A stretch of DNA of 64,000 nt from the NCBI GenBank assembly GCA_025201805.1, contig MU619317.1:62001-126000 (forward strand), in the 5' to 3' direction. The notes under the pieces were generated by a model, which was not told the DNA's origin, ran no database searches, and saw only the letters and a program-made list of their open reading frames with translations. This document shows, one piece after another, positions 50,121 through 63,512 of the stretch; the stretch's first letter is position 1; each line of letters starts with the position of its first letter. This DNA comes from Parasitella parasitica NRRL 2501 (taxonomy: Eukaryota > Fungi > Mucoromycota). Position numbers and translations under genes: made by a program.

Positions 50121-50809
50121 ATCAACCAAAAGAAGTAGGTTCCTCTATGCTGTATCTCATTTCTTATCGTGGCTGATTTCTTTTCTTTTTTGTATAGTTC
50201 ATCGGAATTCTTGTTCAATAACTTGATAATTTATTATATTATACACACATACCACTTTTTTCTGCCAAAACACCACGTCTTTTCTTTCCTAATAATTTCG
50301 ATAGTAATTTAGTAAAAATATTCAATATCATTATTTGTCCATGAGAAAGTGGTATTTAAAACCTGTGCCGCCGATGCAATGTATGCTGAAATCTACTATC
50401 ATTGTAATCAAAGACTACTGAGATCGGATAATGACCACTGAAATAAACTAAGCGGCCCTCTATGCATTCATCCTCTATGCATTCATAACAAGTGGTGATT
50501 CAGGATAGAAACTCTTTTTAGTTTCTTGCAGACTATTCCCCCTGGATATCATTTGCAAGTATTGTCTTGAGCCACAGCAAGCTAACGATGGTGGTAGCTG
50601 AAAAAACGATACGGTACGGCATTCACTCCAGTGACTAGATATTTTTTCATCCCAAGCACTGCATAGGCAAGGAACGAGCTGAAGAAACTGATCTAATCCT
50701 TTCTTTTATCAGAGAAAACCATTCAATAGTGGGTTTCGCTCAAAATTTAAATGGTAGCGTCCTAACCGTACATGAAAGAAAGGTCTTTCTCAACAAATAG
50801 CATGCATAG

Positions 50810-51325
50810 ATTGTTCCAGATTCTTCATCGCCATCGGCAACTGTAGACGCAGAAGCCGTTAAACACGACGCAGAACAAGTAGGTTGTTTGATGAATAAAA
50901 TAACATTAGGGATTTATATTCAAATACGCTTAGATCGCCTCTAGGAATACGGCTGCAGCCATTGCTGCTATTGTGCAAGTCATGGTGCCTGCTCATAATA
51001 AAGCAGCACCAATTACGAAGAAAGAGCCACAAGAAGAGCCATTATACGTGAATGCAAAACAGTACCATCGAATTCTTAAGCGTAGAGCTGCACGACTTAA
51101 ACTGGAAGAACAGTACAAGAATTCCAGAGCCAGAAAACCGTATCTTCACGAAAGTCGCCATAAACATGCTATGAGAAGACCTCGAGGACCCGGTGGTCGA
51201 TTCCTAAGTAAGTGCATTTGAGTGTTTCGTTGTTGTTAAATCATAAATGACTTACAGTTTTACAAGCTGCTGCTGAAATCGCTGAATTAGAGCAGCAGCA
51301 ACAGCCGCTGCAAAATAATCATTAA
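50810..51325 (+). CDS. HAP2: CCAAT-binding factor subunit HAP2/NF-YA (5' exons not resolved; start coordinate approximate)
   Basis: [21 protein letters not shown]...[25 protein letters not shown], then spliced TAAEIAELE. Confidence 0.93.
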
Positions 51326-51381
51326 ATAACACAAATCAAGCATTACTTTCAAATACTTAGAAATATAAACGTCCTTTTATT

Positions 51382-52469
51382 TTAGCAAAATTTCCAATGA
51401 TTTCCACATCCCACACATGTAACAAAAGTCGTCATAGGCTCATCCGCACTTCTCGTTTGCATTTGGAAATAAGTGCACTTTCTACCACCGCATTTACCAC
51501 ATTTAAACATGTCAGTTTCAGCTTGTGCAGATTCAGCGCCTCGTGCTTTAAATAAAGCCTCTTCAGCCAATTTACGATCTCTGGCCTGGGCTTCTTCGGA
51601 TGCCATGGCATTGACAGTCATTTTGCACAATTTCTCAACTGCTAATTCTCCACTCACAACGCTTTCACGTAATCCAGGATTGCTTTTATTTTTGAGATTA
51701 AGCGCCAAGGACCGAACTTTGTTTTTGTACTCTTGATTAATATCGCCAAATTCCAAGTAGATTGTCTTCTCAATGTGGATTGCTCGTTTCAGCAATAAAT
51801 CCGAGTCTATCAGTCCCAAGTCAATCACTGGATTTTTTTTTTTTTTTTTGTAAAGTTTGCTATAAATTTACCTGCTCCACTGTCAAATCCAATTGCTGCG
51901 TACATTAGTTCGATCGTCTTATTGCGAGGCACATTGCCGGTGGATTTGAACGACACTTCGTCTGTTTTTACTGTTCGTGGTGGCCCTTCCATGGAAGGTG
52001 TCTTTGGCGAAGAGGCTTGGGAAGAAGAGGGCGAGTTCTTTTTCGTACCAATAGATGTGGACACTTTTGGTAAATTAGAAGGTTTACTGCTGTTTGTGTT
52101 GGTTTGTTGAACTACATCGTCCTTCCATTTTTTCACAATTGATTTGGCTTTGATGGCTACTTTAGTGTCTTTATGGCTTCGTAACTTTCCAATCGTCTTG
52201 CCAATGTCGGTTTTCTATGCATGTATTAGATTCCTTTTGCCATCGTTGACCCATAAATCGCAGCATTTTTTACCTTTAATAATTCTCCTGTCACTTTAAT
52301 TTTAGCTAAAGTATCCAGGATTTCTAAACACGTCTACGTACACTCGAATTAATTACAGGAATTGAATTGAATGTGAATATTTGCTTTGTGAATATACCTG
52401 AGTATTCTCTCTGTCCAAGGCAGATGTAAGAGATGCTTTGGCCTTGAGGATTTGCTCTTCTGCGCTCAT
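51382..52469 (-). CDS. DST1: Transcription elongation factor TFIIS
   Basis: TDIGKTIGKLR (domain I), YKNKVRSLALNLK (domain II) and zinc ribbon CGKC...QMQTRSADEPMTTFVTCVGCGNHWKFC. Confidence 0.97.
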
Positions 52470-52706
52470 TTTATATAACAAAAACAAAAAATAAAAATAA
52501 AAAAAAGTTTCCAAGAGGAAAGAAAGACAGGAAGTCAGTAACTGAGCAATATAAAGCTTGGTGGCTGTGCTCTTGGTCCGACTGCTCATATGGGAATTGA
52601 GGAACTTTCAAGCTGCCACCGTGAGCAGCATGTACCGAGCAATATTTGATTGCGAAATTGGCGATTAATACTACCATTTATTTCCGAAAATGCGATAACA
52701 TACAAC

Positions 52707-53386
52707 TTAATCAAACTCGTCAAATCCATTCTTAAAGGCAATCCCTCCAATAGTAATGCCGATGCCATAAAATACAGTCGAGTACGCTAATCTAGCGATA
52801 TGATGCTCATAGAGCATTTCAAATATTGACCAAAATATAGCAGCCCCTAAATATCTTTATACCCTCAAATTAACCGCTGCATGAAATCAGATAATCAAGC
52901 TGCTTACATCCATGTTAAGATCATGACAGATCGTGTTCCTCCACGAGCCAATGTGTTGATGACAAGAACAGAGAGTAAGAGTAAAACAAGATCTCTAACC
53001 ATGTTGGCTGTCCTATGTAACCTTGCCTATTTATATTGTCTAAGTACCATTTGCAGATATTTGTAATTTTGCGTGTATGTTTTACATACGTAGATATTGA
53101 TCACTTTAGGATGGTTTACCCAAGAATTAACGTTATCGTATCTCTCAGCGTCTAAACTGTGAACGGCTCCCTCTCGGCTATGACGAAGACTTGCGTTACG
53201 ATACATATTTCCATCACCAAATATATGCTGAGCAAATAAAAAGAACCCCCAATACATGCACAAGATGAAAAATGCTGTCCAGTATCCCTTGACAAACTTG
53301 TTGACGAGGAACTCTCCAAAATAGTCGTATTCATCTTGGAAATCGAAAAAGAAATGTCGATTTGTAGCGTCAATGTTTCTGCTCAT
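52707..53386 (-). CDS. Small multi-pass membrane protein of unknown function
   Basis: Three exons splice to ...YWTAFFILCMYWGFFLFAQHIFG...VRDLVLLLLSVLVINTLARGGTRSVMILTWIYLGAAIFWSIFE...YSTVFYGIGITIGGIAFKNGFDEFD*. About four hydrophobic segments. Confidence 0.75.
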
Positions 53387-53895
53387 TTTGTATACTGATG
53401 TTGCTGTGAGGTATAAATGAATTCAGCCGTTAAGTTTATGGTGTATGATTTAATACTTATCAAAGATAAGAGCAAGACGTACTGTTGTAAGACAAGGAAA
53501 AGGAAAAGGTCATTTTATTATTCAGTACAGTTTGTAATCTTCTCTAAACCATCCACCATGGTATCTTACATGTCATTCATTTCATTATGCAACCATTGGC
53601 ATCACGTTTGCTGGATAAATATTCGGCATTATCAAATGTATCTGTCGAGATATGATATAAATCATTACGAGCTGAAGAAAATTTGTGTACTCGATTTGTG
53701 TTTAGTATTTATTACTCCATCATATACCTTATTCATCAAGATATAGAATCATTAGCTACAAGCATTAAGCTTGATGATAGTCTCCCTGAAATGCACCCTC
53801 ATCAGCAATGACACTGAAACAAAAGGTCAATCAAAAAAGCAGCATCAGAATTGATGAAAAAAACAATCCACCAAAGAATTGTCTCGCTTAACTGC

Positions 53896-53898
<3 letters not shown>

Positions 53899-53938
<40 letters not shown>
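53899..53938. repeat. (AT)20 microsatellite
   Basis: Directly visible. Confidence 0.95.
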
Positions 53939-53943
<5 letters not shown>

Positions 53944-55388
53944 ATATATATTTATATATAAAAGTGATAGACGAGATACAATCATAGGTAGTTCTTCAGC
54001 ATTGGCTCTAAATATATGAATACAAGAAGAGAACCCGAATTTATTCCATACTTGATATTTCATGATACCGCTATTGCCACGCACTCCAAATTCATGAAAT
54101 GTAAAGCATCCATTATGAGGCATTTTAACATGCTGCTTACTTGTCATAGATACATTCGTATCCATTTCAATATAAAACTTTTTTATTAAATTTATCAAGG
54201 ATATCATAAAAACTTCATTAGCAGTTGAAACAGCAACTTGATTATACAACATTTATGACAAGACGAATTGTTCAATTCATGAGTAAAAAATATTTTTTAG
54301 GTTAAGGTTGGAATACCATGTGAAATTACTGCTAGTAATTGTTGAATGAGATGTAAACAATCAGGAAACAACTTGAGTATGTTTCGGCTGCGCTATGTTT
54401 GTTTTCATCATCTCTCAGATAGATCAGTGCAAACACTATTGCTATAAACTCTGGTATTTCGATGATTGGAGCTACTTGAAACGCTAAAAAAAATATTCTG
54501 CTATCTTCAATCTTTTGCACCTTTTGAAGCATTGCTCCTAAAAACCCACCGCTCAGTTTAATCTCCGGTTTTTGCTTCTGTTTTTTTTTGGGTTTTTTCA
54601 TTAGATTTGATCAACGAAGGAAGGAGTTGGGAGGGTTTTCATCAATATCTCTATAACTACTATACTGATGTAAAATATGAGAGTAAAAGCGTTTATACAT
54701 TATTTAATTCCCTATCTAATGGTGTAATTTTAAAATATTTTATTAACTATAAATCTCGAGTAATCTACGACTGAAGAGAAATACGCTTTTCAACTAAAAG
54801 TCTATATTTTGCATAGGTATTACCAAAAATGGTAATCAAGTATCAAAATTGGAGTAAAATAGAAGGTTTTTGTTTAATACATGCCTTTAACAGAAGCTGT
54901 ATTTTCATGGCCAAATTCAAGAAATCGTTTTTTCCATCCAATTCATGAGGGGTCCCTCATGAAAAACCGTCGAAAATTGATGATTTTTTTATCATCTATT
55001 TTTTTGGTGAAAAAGCATCAGATAATAAATACGACTTCCAGGAAATCATTTAGCGTTATTCTGGGCACTTGAGTCGGTCAAAAAGAGCGTAAATTCAAGT
55101 AAATTTGTATAAATTGATGATTAATACAACGATGCTTTGTAGTTAAATAAGCTATAGTTTCAAGATTAACCACCGGTTACAAGCATAGAGGCTATGATGA
55201 ATTCGTACACAAGCATCAGGTATTTTTTGGCGTCGTAATCAAATAAGATAACGTTCTTTATTTGATATGCACTAGCAAGCATATCAAGCTAGTGCTTATG
55301 AAGAATCGCTGATTATGAAGGCTGGTGTTATGTACGTAAAACAAATAGTTTATTGGAAATACCAAAACAAGCTTTTCAAATATGCACA

Positions 55389-56083
55389 TTAATCTTCAAA
55401 GGCCCACGTTATGTTGATTCGACCCGTGTCATGGTGTGCTATTTTTCCAAAAGCTTCGACGCTTAAATCAACGTCGCCTTTTACACAAGGAGGACAAGTA
55501 TCAACAATTTTCACGCGGACACTAGCACCGTTTGCTTTGTCTGTATTGTTTGATTAGTAAATGTGTTGTTCCATCAAGCAATTTAGATAAGCAACTCACT
55601 TGTGACCTTGATTCTTTTGTTACAAAGGGGGTTTGTATTTGGATTCTTTGCAGGGTATGGCCATTTTTCTTGCATTTGGACTATATTCTATTAATCAAGT
55701 AGTTAATAAGCAACGTTTTCTCTCAAGCTGACAAGCAAAATGAGTATTACCAATGCAGCAACCATTTCGTAGTCCTGGTATAATTTACCGCAAGAACCAG
55801 CACCCACATTAGGGCTGAAGAAGGTACCTTCTCCACGAAAGGTTTTTGAAGAGCCATGAGAAGTCGTATTTCTCGATTTGGAAGATTTTGATGTGGCTTT
55901 TTTGCTGCTCTTTTCAGTTTTTGAATGGCCATCCAGGGCCAATTGGTTAGATGCAACTACCAAGCGATTGATTGAAACTGTAGCCTCACCAGGAGAAAGT
56001 GGAACAGATTGAGCGCCATCGAAAAGGAGTGATGCTGAGATGACAACAGTTAATATTACAAGATTAGAGAGAGTAAAGCGCAT
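55389..56083 (-). CDS. Secreted RlpA-like double-psi beta-barrel (expansin-like/loosenin-type) protein
   Basis: Signal peptide, Ser/Lys-rich linker, GEGTFFSPNVGAGSCG...MVAAL, NPNTNPLCNKRIKV and VKIVDTCPPCVKGDVDLSVEAF...GRINITW. Two introns. Confidence 0.92.
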
Positions 56084-56724
56084 TTTTTCTTTAATATATA
56101 TATATATATATCAATTGGGTATATGAAATGTTGACTAAATACAAGCAGAAAAGGATGAAGAGTTATTCAAAAGAGAGTCTTCTTTATATAATCCGCTAAT
56201 TGGTTGTTGTAACACAAATTTAGAGCTTTTCAATCCTCCATTATGCGACATCGACAGCAAACAGCTGCCTGAAGATCATAGGTGGTTCTATTGTTCGCCA
56301 GGGTCAGGAGGTACTATGAAAATTCAGAGAAACAATCTGGCAAATGAATGGTGTCTTATTGTGTAAACCGTTACAATAAAGACGTGCTATGTGCAAACAA
56401 TAAGCAAGCAAGTCCGGATTTGTCCCTCTTTCCCCACCACCACCATCCCCCCCCCCGAAATCCTGATTTCTTTAGATTAATATTTAATAATTGATTAAGA
56501 CACATATAATAATATCTGCTTATGTGTCCATATGCAACATGTACAACGTGCCTTATTCATCCCGCTCAGCTTCAAATAAGCGCCTCTTGGTATAATGTTA
56601 ATCATCGATGTTTAAGCTGGATTATCCACGAAATCTGACAGCTGATATACAGCCTTTGCTGGTATTGTGTAGACAATGGGTTCAACATTATGCTACGCTA
56701 AAGAATGCGAAATTAACATTTCTT

Positions 56725-59016
56725 TTATTCCTGATCTATATTGTCTTTGATGCACTTTTCCAAAGGTGTAGAATCAGTAGGAAATGGCCTTTTACCTAAT
56801 AGAGTTTCCATATCTAATATACATGCATACGATACATATGATGTCTGTTAGTGCAATCAAGGGGTTGTAATCAGCTTTTTAATTACATTACCTTGCCTGG
56901 TAAGCACCTCCTTTGCCAGCAGTAGTTGAGCAACCTTCTCAATCTCGTCTTTCTTGGATGTCAACAATTTCGTGGTCCTATCCAGTGCTTGAGATACCAT
57001 TTTTCTGGCTTCATCGTCAATAAGAGAGCCTGTTTTCTCGGAATAGGGCTTTTGGAAATGAGGTTCACTATCATCTTGCTGGTAGGACATTGGACCAAGC
57101 TCATTGTTCATGCCAAATACGGCGACTTGGGAGTATGCCATCTGGGTCACTTTTTTCAAGTCATCTTGAGCCCCTGTTGTGATGGATTCGAAGAACAAGG
57201 TTTCTGACACCCGTCCTCCCAAAGCAACACACATTCTATCCAGCAGCTGTAGTTTAGAGTAGAGGTACTGGTCCTTGGGCAGATACTGAGCATAGCCCAA
57301 GCTAGAATTAGAACGGGGTATCACACTGACTTTCAGCAGGGGATCGGCATACTTTAGGAACCAGCCAGCGACTGCGTGCCCTGCCTCATGGTAAGCTACG
57401 GTCTTTTTTTCTTCAGGAGAAAGAACGCGCGATTTCTTCTCTATGCCTGCAATGACTCTCTCGATGGAGGCCTCAAAGTCAACCTCTGACACTTGATCTT
57501 TACCGCTGCGTGCTGCTAACAGCGCCGCTTCATTGCACACGTTGTGGATGTCTGCTCCTGCAAATCCTGGTGTAAAAGATGCTAATTTCTTTGCTAGCGA
57601 GGGGATATTTAATGTGCCGTCCACCTTTAACGGCTTCAAATGAACCTTGAATATTTCAGCTCTGCCGTCAATGTCAGGTTTATCAATGACAACATGGCGG
57701 TCGAAACGTCCAGGTCGAAGCAATGCCGGATCCAGCACGTCGGGCCGATTAGTGCCTGCAAGCACCACAACATGGTCGTGAGAGTTGAACCCGTCCATTT
57801 CGACCAAGAGCTGGTTCAGTGTGCTTTCTCTTTCGTCATTGCCGCCGCCGCCCATCTGGCCTCCTTTTCCTCTTGCTTTTCCAATAGCATCGATTTCGTC
57901 AATGAAAATGATGCAAGGTGCATTCTTCTTTGCTGTGGCAAACAGATCTCGCACTCTGGAAGAGCCCACACCAACAAACATCTCTATAAACTCTGAGCCA
58001 GATACGCTCAGAAAAGGCACGCCAGCCTCGCCAGCAGTAGCCTTTGCTAAAAGGGTTTTGCCTGTGCCAGGAGGACCAGATAATATAGCACCCTTGGGGA
58101 TAGTAGCGCCCAGTCTTTCAAAGCGCTTGGGATCTTTTAGAAACTTTACAAACTCCATAATTTCCTCTTTGGCCTCGTCTGCACCAGCAACGTCTTTGAA
58201 CTTGACATTGACATCAGTTTCCTTGTCAAAGAGTTTGGCTTTGCTCTTGCCAATGCCGAATATGCCACCTGATTGGCCTAAGCTGCCTGCTCCTGAAGCA
58301 CGGCGACCCATATAGACAAAAAAGCCAATGAGTAGCAGCGTAGGCACAAACTGAGTCAACGTACTAGCAACATTGCCGGTCGTATGATATGAGATGGGGA
58401 TACGCTCATTTTCTGGTATACCCAGCTTGTCTTGGCAGCTCTCCATCTGGTTTTCGAAACGGTCCACTGATCCAATGCTAAAATAGAAGATGGCATTGTG
58501 GTTTTCCGCGAGGTAGGATTTCGACTCTGGCCTCAGTACCACTTGGACGTAGCTCTTGTTCATCACATTCAGCTCTTTGACAAGCCCTTTTTCGAGCAAG
58601 CTTGTTTTAAAGTCTTGAAATGTCACTTCTCTAAAGCCTCCGTTGCTGTTACTGATGCCCAATATAGACCAAAGCAGGATAGACACCGCAAGGATAGGCC
58701 CCAATACGACATATCCGTTATTTTTTTTGGGGTTTGATGGTCTACCATCATCCTGTTTGCCTTGTTTGCCTTGTTTGCCTTGTTTGTCCTGTTTGTCCTG
58801 TTTGGGCTGATTTGGCCGAGATCCGCTGCGTTTATTATCAAAGAAACTCTCGAATCCTTTGGGTGTGTTGCTGGGATGCCTATTTTTGGCTGCACTGTCG
58901 TTTGACATTACAAAATGTCTGATGCGACGTTGGCTGGAAATGAGCAGCCCACAGAGATTTAGGCATGGAGTGCTCTTTAGGGCACTGTTTTTCGATGTAG
59001 CAAATCGGTTCAGCAT
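56725..59016 (-). CDS. Mitochondrial m-AAA protease subunit (Afg3/Yta12/AFG3L2-like, FtsH family M41)
   Basis: Two TM segments, Walker A GPPGTGKT, Walker [22 protein letters not shown], zinc motif [14 protein letters not shown] and last exon [11 protein letters not shown]. Confidence 0.96.
58751..58804 (-). repeat. 9-bp coding tandem repeat x6 (KQD/KQG)
   Basis: (T/C)C(C/T)TGTTTG units on the + strand encode [18 protein letters not shown]. Confidence 0.9.
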
Positions 59017-59183
59017 TGGGCTATGAACAAGTAAGGAAAATAAAAGTGTCAAATATTGGCTACACTGTTGATGATATTATTACTTGGCTCTGCTGTCGGG
59101 GTGAATGCGCCTCGATAAAGATTGCAACCAGCGACTTTTGAGAAGGTTTGTTTTTCTTTTGTCTCCAACAAACAAACAAGCCC

Positions 59184-60564
59184 ATGCTTTTGCTACTATC
59201 TAGTTTTAGCTGTACGCTATTCTTGTATTTTTTGATACAGAGTATCGTTCAAATCAACCAACTGTCGAGCAAGCTACATGCGTCTGTTACACCACTGGCA
59301 AGAATGTCAGATTGCAGACTGGAGGCTGTGAATATTGTTTGCAGTAGATGGACATGGATGCCAGTTTTCATCAGAGTATACCTCATTGGTATATTCGAGA
59401 CCATCTACATTGCACTGTGCAGGCGTGGGCTATTTAAAAGCTCGTCTACTCAGCAGTTATGCGAACAGCAAGTTGACGCGTTGGTTCAATCGTACAAAGG
59501 CACCAAGACAAAGACAGCTGTGGTCACGGGAGGAGACTCTGGCATCGGATTGGAGATATGCAACGGTCTGCTTGCAGCCGGCTTCGATGTCATTATAGGT
59601 AACATGAGCTAATACAGCATGGTGTCTTTATCTGATAAAAACGAATGAATCAGGCATTCGTTCGGCGGATACTAGTTTTAGAGCTGTGGATGCATTAAAA
59701 GAGCAGACTGGATCGGATAAAGTATCATGCATCCAGCTCGATCTGACTTTGTTTGAATCAGTCAGAACCTTTGCAGCAGAAATCAAACGGAGGATCCCCC
59801 AGAAAGAGATACATCTGCTCATCAGTAAGAATTGATGCGTAGCTGTCCTTTTTATACAAGGCAACCTGACTCGTCTGGTTAGATAATGCTGGTGTCATGA
59901 ACATCCCTTGCAAGCTGACGGCAGACGGATACGAGACGCAGTGTCAGACAGTAAGTGGTCCTCAAGAAATGCTAATATTGCAGCCTTAAACAGCCGTTGG
60001 AATAGAACTTTTTATCGCCTGTTTTGCTTGCACAGTTACTGCTGCCATGGATGAACCCTCAATCTGGAAAAATTCTGTTTGCGTCCAGCTCTACGCTGTA
60101 TGCTATCAATGATCTCAACACTGACTTTTCGTCTCATACATATGGCTTGGACGGGTTGCAGCATTACGCTTACAGTAAGGCATGTGTTGCTCACATTGTC
60201 TCTCGGCTGGCCAAATCAACCCGAGTAAAAGTATACGGTAGATGATATCTGTCAAGTCTACAGAAAACATTTGATTAACATCTGAAACACAGCATATCAT
60301 CCAGGCACAGTGCGTACCAGATTATTTGCTCATACAGCAGTGTTCAATCTACCATTAGTGTCAAAATTGTTTGATTTCATCATGCTAACGCCAAAAGAAG
60401 GGAGCCTCACCCCGCTACGCTTGTGTTTGAAAGCGGACGTAGGAGAAAGCGGCACTTATTGGGCCAACGAACGCAGCCAAACTGTTCCTGATGTCTTGAT
60501 CAACGGAAAAGCCAATAATGTGGATGCCTTGTGGAAGGACACTTTGTCCAAGTGCGGACTTTAG
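59184..60564 (+). CDS. Short-chain dehydrogenase/reductase (RDH12/WWOX-like)
   Basis: TGGDSGIG, spliced INNAGVM, catalytic YAYSK (YxxxK) and HPGTVRT. N-terminal hydrophobic anchor. Confidence 0.92.
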
Positions 60565-60742
60565 CGTGTGTGCTAATTAAATGATTAGGAAATGGACATG
60601 CTTTCATGAGGTCACTGCTCATCAAATCTTGATGAGCAAGTCTAATTGTATGTATATATTCGAAAAGCATTATAAAAAAAACCCCCCTCCTATAAGTTTT
60701 TTCAAGTATTCACTGCGGTAAACACCCCCCCCACCTTTTTCA

Positions 60743-61952
60743 CTACATATTATTACTACTACTACTACTATTTGATGATTGGAGCTTTTCTATTGCATCA
60801 GTATCACTGATACTGGCATTTAGAGGCATCCGACTAGAGCAATCATTTACAACATCCAGCTGGTTGGTGGGCCTGGCTTGTTCTTCCGCCATGCCTCTTG
60901 GACAATAGCGATTCCGGGCATTATTAATAGCATTCATCACTTCATCTTGAATTTTTCGATCTCTTTGACGGCGACGAATCAGCATGAATGCTCCGATAGA
61001 TACACCTAAAAGACACACGACTGGGAGGGCAATGGCTAATGCAAATGCCCAACCTGGCAATCTCGACGACGCTTGAGTTTCATCTTCATAAGGAGTGCTT
61101 TCGCCACTTCCCGTTGTATAAAAGGGATCCTCGGCATGGAACATGATCTGATATGCCAAAATGTTTTGGTATGGAGCGTTATAATCGAGTGCTACTTCAG
61201 TTTGGGACCAGTCTAATCGAACATCTGCAAACGAGTCATTTTTAGCAGGACCTCCTACCAGTGCTATATGATTTCTATCAAGTAAATAAAGCGGTGTTGG
61301 TTGTATACTGCAGTCATACATACCTCCATAGATTGTGTGAGCACGCGAGAGATCTTGGGGGTTCTTCAAGGCTTCCTTCAAAGAAGTAAATCCGCTCGCG
61401 GGTGCCGAGTGGGGGTATTTCGGTGAGTTTGACCTTTCGCCTACAACATAGTTTTGATTCAGAGGATTCTTTCCAAATATGTAGTCAATCTGGCTGTTTG
61501 CAAAGTCTGTATATGAACCACTTGCTTGAATTAAAACACCCTGTGTCCATGTTCACAGCGCTATGATCCTACCTTCGTATGCTTGAGCTTTTACAAGCAT
61601 TGTGTCTTTTCCGCTCGGGCTTTGTTCTGCCAAAGGTCGAAGTATCTTGGCCGCATAAGTTAAAAGCAAGAAACTTGTGCTCATTGCAATTGAATTGCTA
61701 TTCTCCGTACTATGTACATCAAAGTGTATCAGCTGCGTAGACTATATAACCATGTAGGTTTTACCTGTATGCATCCCAGAATAATAAACCGCCACCAGTT
61801 TTATTTACAGACCTGCCGCTGACAATGCCATCTAGATACATTTCTGCCTCTGCACGAGTAAGAGATGCTTCATCTTGGTCATGATAGTCTGGCGCCACTT
61901 CTGCTAGCATCAAGTACAGTGCTCCCCACTGCATATAGAGTCAATACCCATT

Positions 61953-61989
<37 letters not shown>

Positions 61990-63512
61990 GTATATAATCA
62001 GTTGCGAACCTTATTATCCCAATCCAAGGGCTCTGTGTGGTTATTCAACCCTTTTGTTTCTCTATACATATCCATCGTTTCATCGAGGTACGATTTCTGT
62101 TTTGTAGCTTTGTAAAGCACAATGCCTGCTAATAGAAGTTCGTCCACGTACCCTGATTATGCAAAATTAGACTTACAGTCATTCAGTGCCTTCAGGAGTG
62201 GCGCATACCTGAGCTACTATAAACGTGCTTCATAGTAGGTACAGACTTGTGATATCTCGAGTATGGTAGTATAGTACGAGCTGACGAGTAGAGTTGAGTG
62301 GCGTGTTCAAGCAGTGTGTCTGCATACTTTCTGTCGTCTTCATTTTCGTTTGTTACGTCTACCAAGTTGTTAAAAAACGCGGAAGCACTAGCAAATGCAG
62401 TCGCTGCAAAGGGGTCGTATGTTAATTAAACGCAATAGTCGTGTGCCTATCAAAAGGTCAATGTACCTGCCATGGCAGCTGCATCTGTGCCAAAGTCAGT
62501 TTCGTTGATTTGATAGCTGGGCCGAGGATCTTGTATTTCGGAATCAGGACCTGTATAAAAGTCATGCACACGGGCAAGGTATGAGCACAGTATGCCATTA
62601 CTTTTCGTCGCCTTGAAAATTACCAAAAGAATCATTATCAATTTCAACATCACCAATCTACATTATCAAGTGTTTAGGTCTCTCATTTTTGACAGCTGTC
62701 GCATGCTTTTATGTACCTGAACGAACAACGTGGATGGCGAAGGATGGGCTTTTATCAGCCAATCTGTAGCCTAGATAGTGGTTCTGGTGAGCGACAAGTA
62801 TCAATTGAGTTTATTACGCACACATGGGTAAATATATTTACCCATTTCACTTGACTTCGTAGATACTTTGTTTGATTTGCTAATTGATAGCCCTGAATGT
62901 AGTCTGTGCCTACAAAAGCGATAGTTGGCGCCAAGTTAATATGACTTTATAGTTGCACATATACACCTACCTCCCCAGCATAGCATAAATGTCGTGTAAC
63001 TGAGAGGAAATGTGAACTAAATGCATGGTTCACTTAGTGGCTTTCATCTAAGGCTTTTTGGCATAGTTTATACCTTCAAGTAATCACCGGCATCATAGTA
63101 TCCCTACATATTATAATTTGAAATTAAAAAAAAAAAAAACACAGGGGGAGGATTGCGCAGTGTGATGAAAACTTACACCAGAGAGATCAATATCCACATC
63201 AGATCCGTCTGACAAAGCAGAGTCGTGCCTCCTACAAGTTCATAGTGACAAGTGTCAGCTCTACATTACATGATCTGTAGTTTTTATGTATACTTGCCAG
63301 GACACTCTATTGTCATCAGGCAGTTTTCCTGATCGCTGCGCTTCGAAAAACAAAATAGAGTGGTTTAAAAGTTTCACATATTCAGGACTAGGGTTTTGTA
63401 CAGTAGGAGGAAGGATCGTAGATGAACGTTTACCAATGGCTGCCGCATGAATGATAGCAGCTGATGGATAAATCATGACGGTGAGAGCTGAAACAAGCGA
63501 CCTTATCTTCAT
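60743..63512 (-). CDS. Glycoside hydrolase family 9 endoglucanase with C-terminal transmembrane anchor
   Basis: Signal peptide, SILFFEAQRSGKLP, spliced GGYYDAGDYLKF, ALVGGP...DSFADVRLDWSQTEVALDYNA (catalytic Asp/Glu region), then the TM helix WAFALAIALPVVCLLGVSIGAFMLI followed by RRRQR. More than 10 introns. Confidence 0.95.
61956..61984. repeat. (AT)n microsatellite in a GH9 intron
   Basis: Directly visible. Confidence 0.9.

Noticed and set aside
49158-50129. 323-aa antisense ORF and 215-aa alternative-frame ORF over the repeat gene
   Set aside because: Shadows of biased codon usage and the tandem repeat. The same applies to the antisense ORFs over UTP14, the PPR gene and the protease.
54332-54601. 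Possible Tc1-like transposase fragment (RRLN*A)
   Set aside because: Only a few residues of similarity, with no DDE motifs or TIRs identified.
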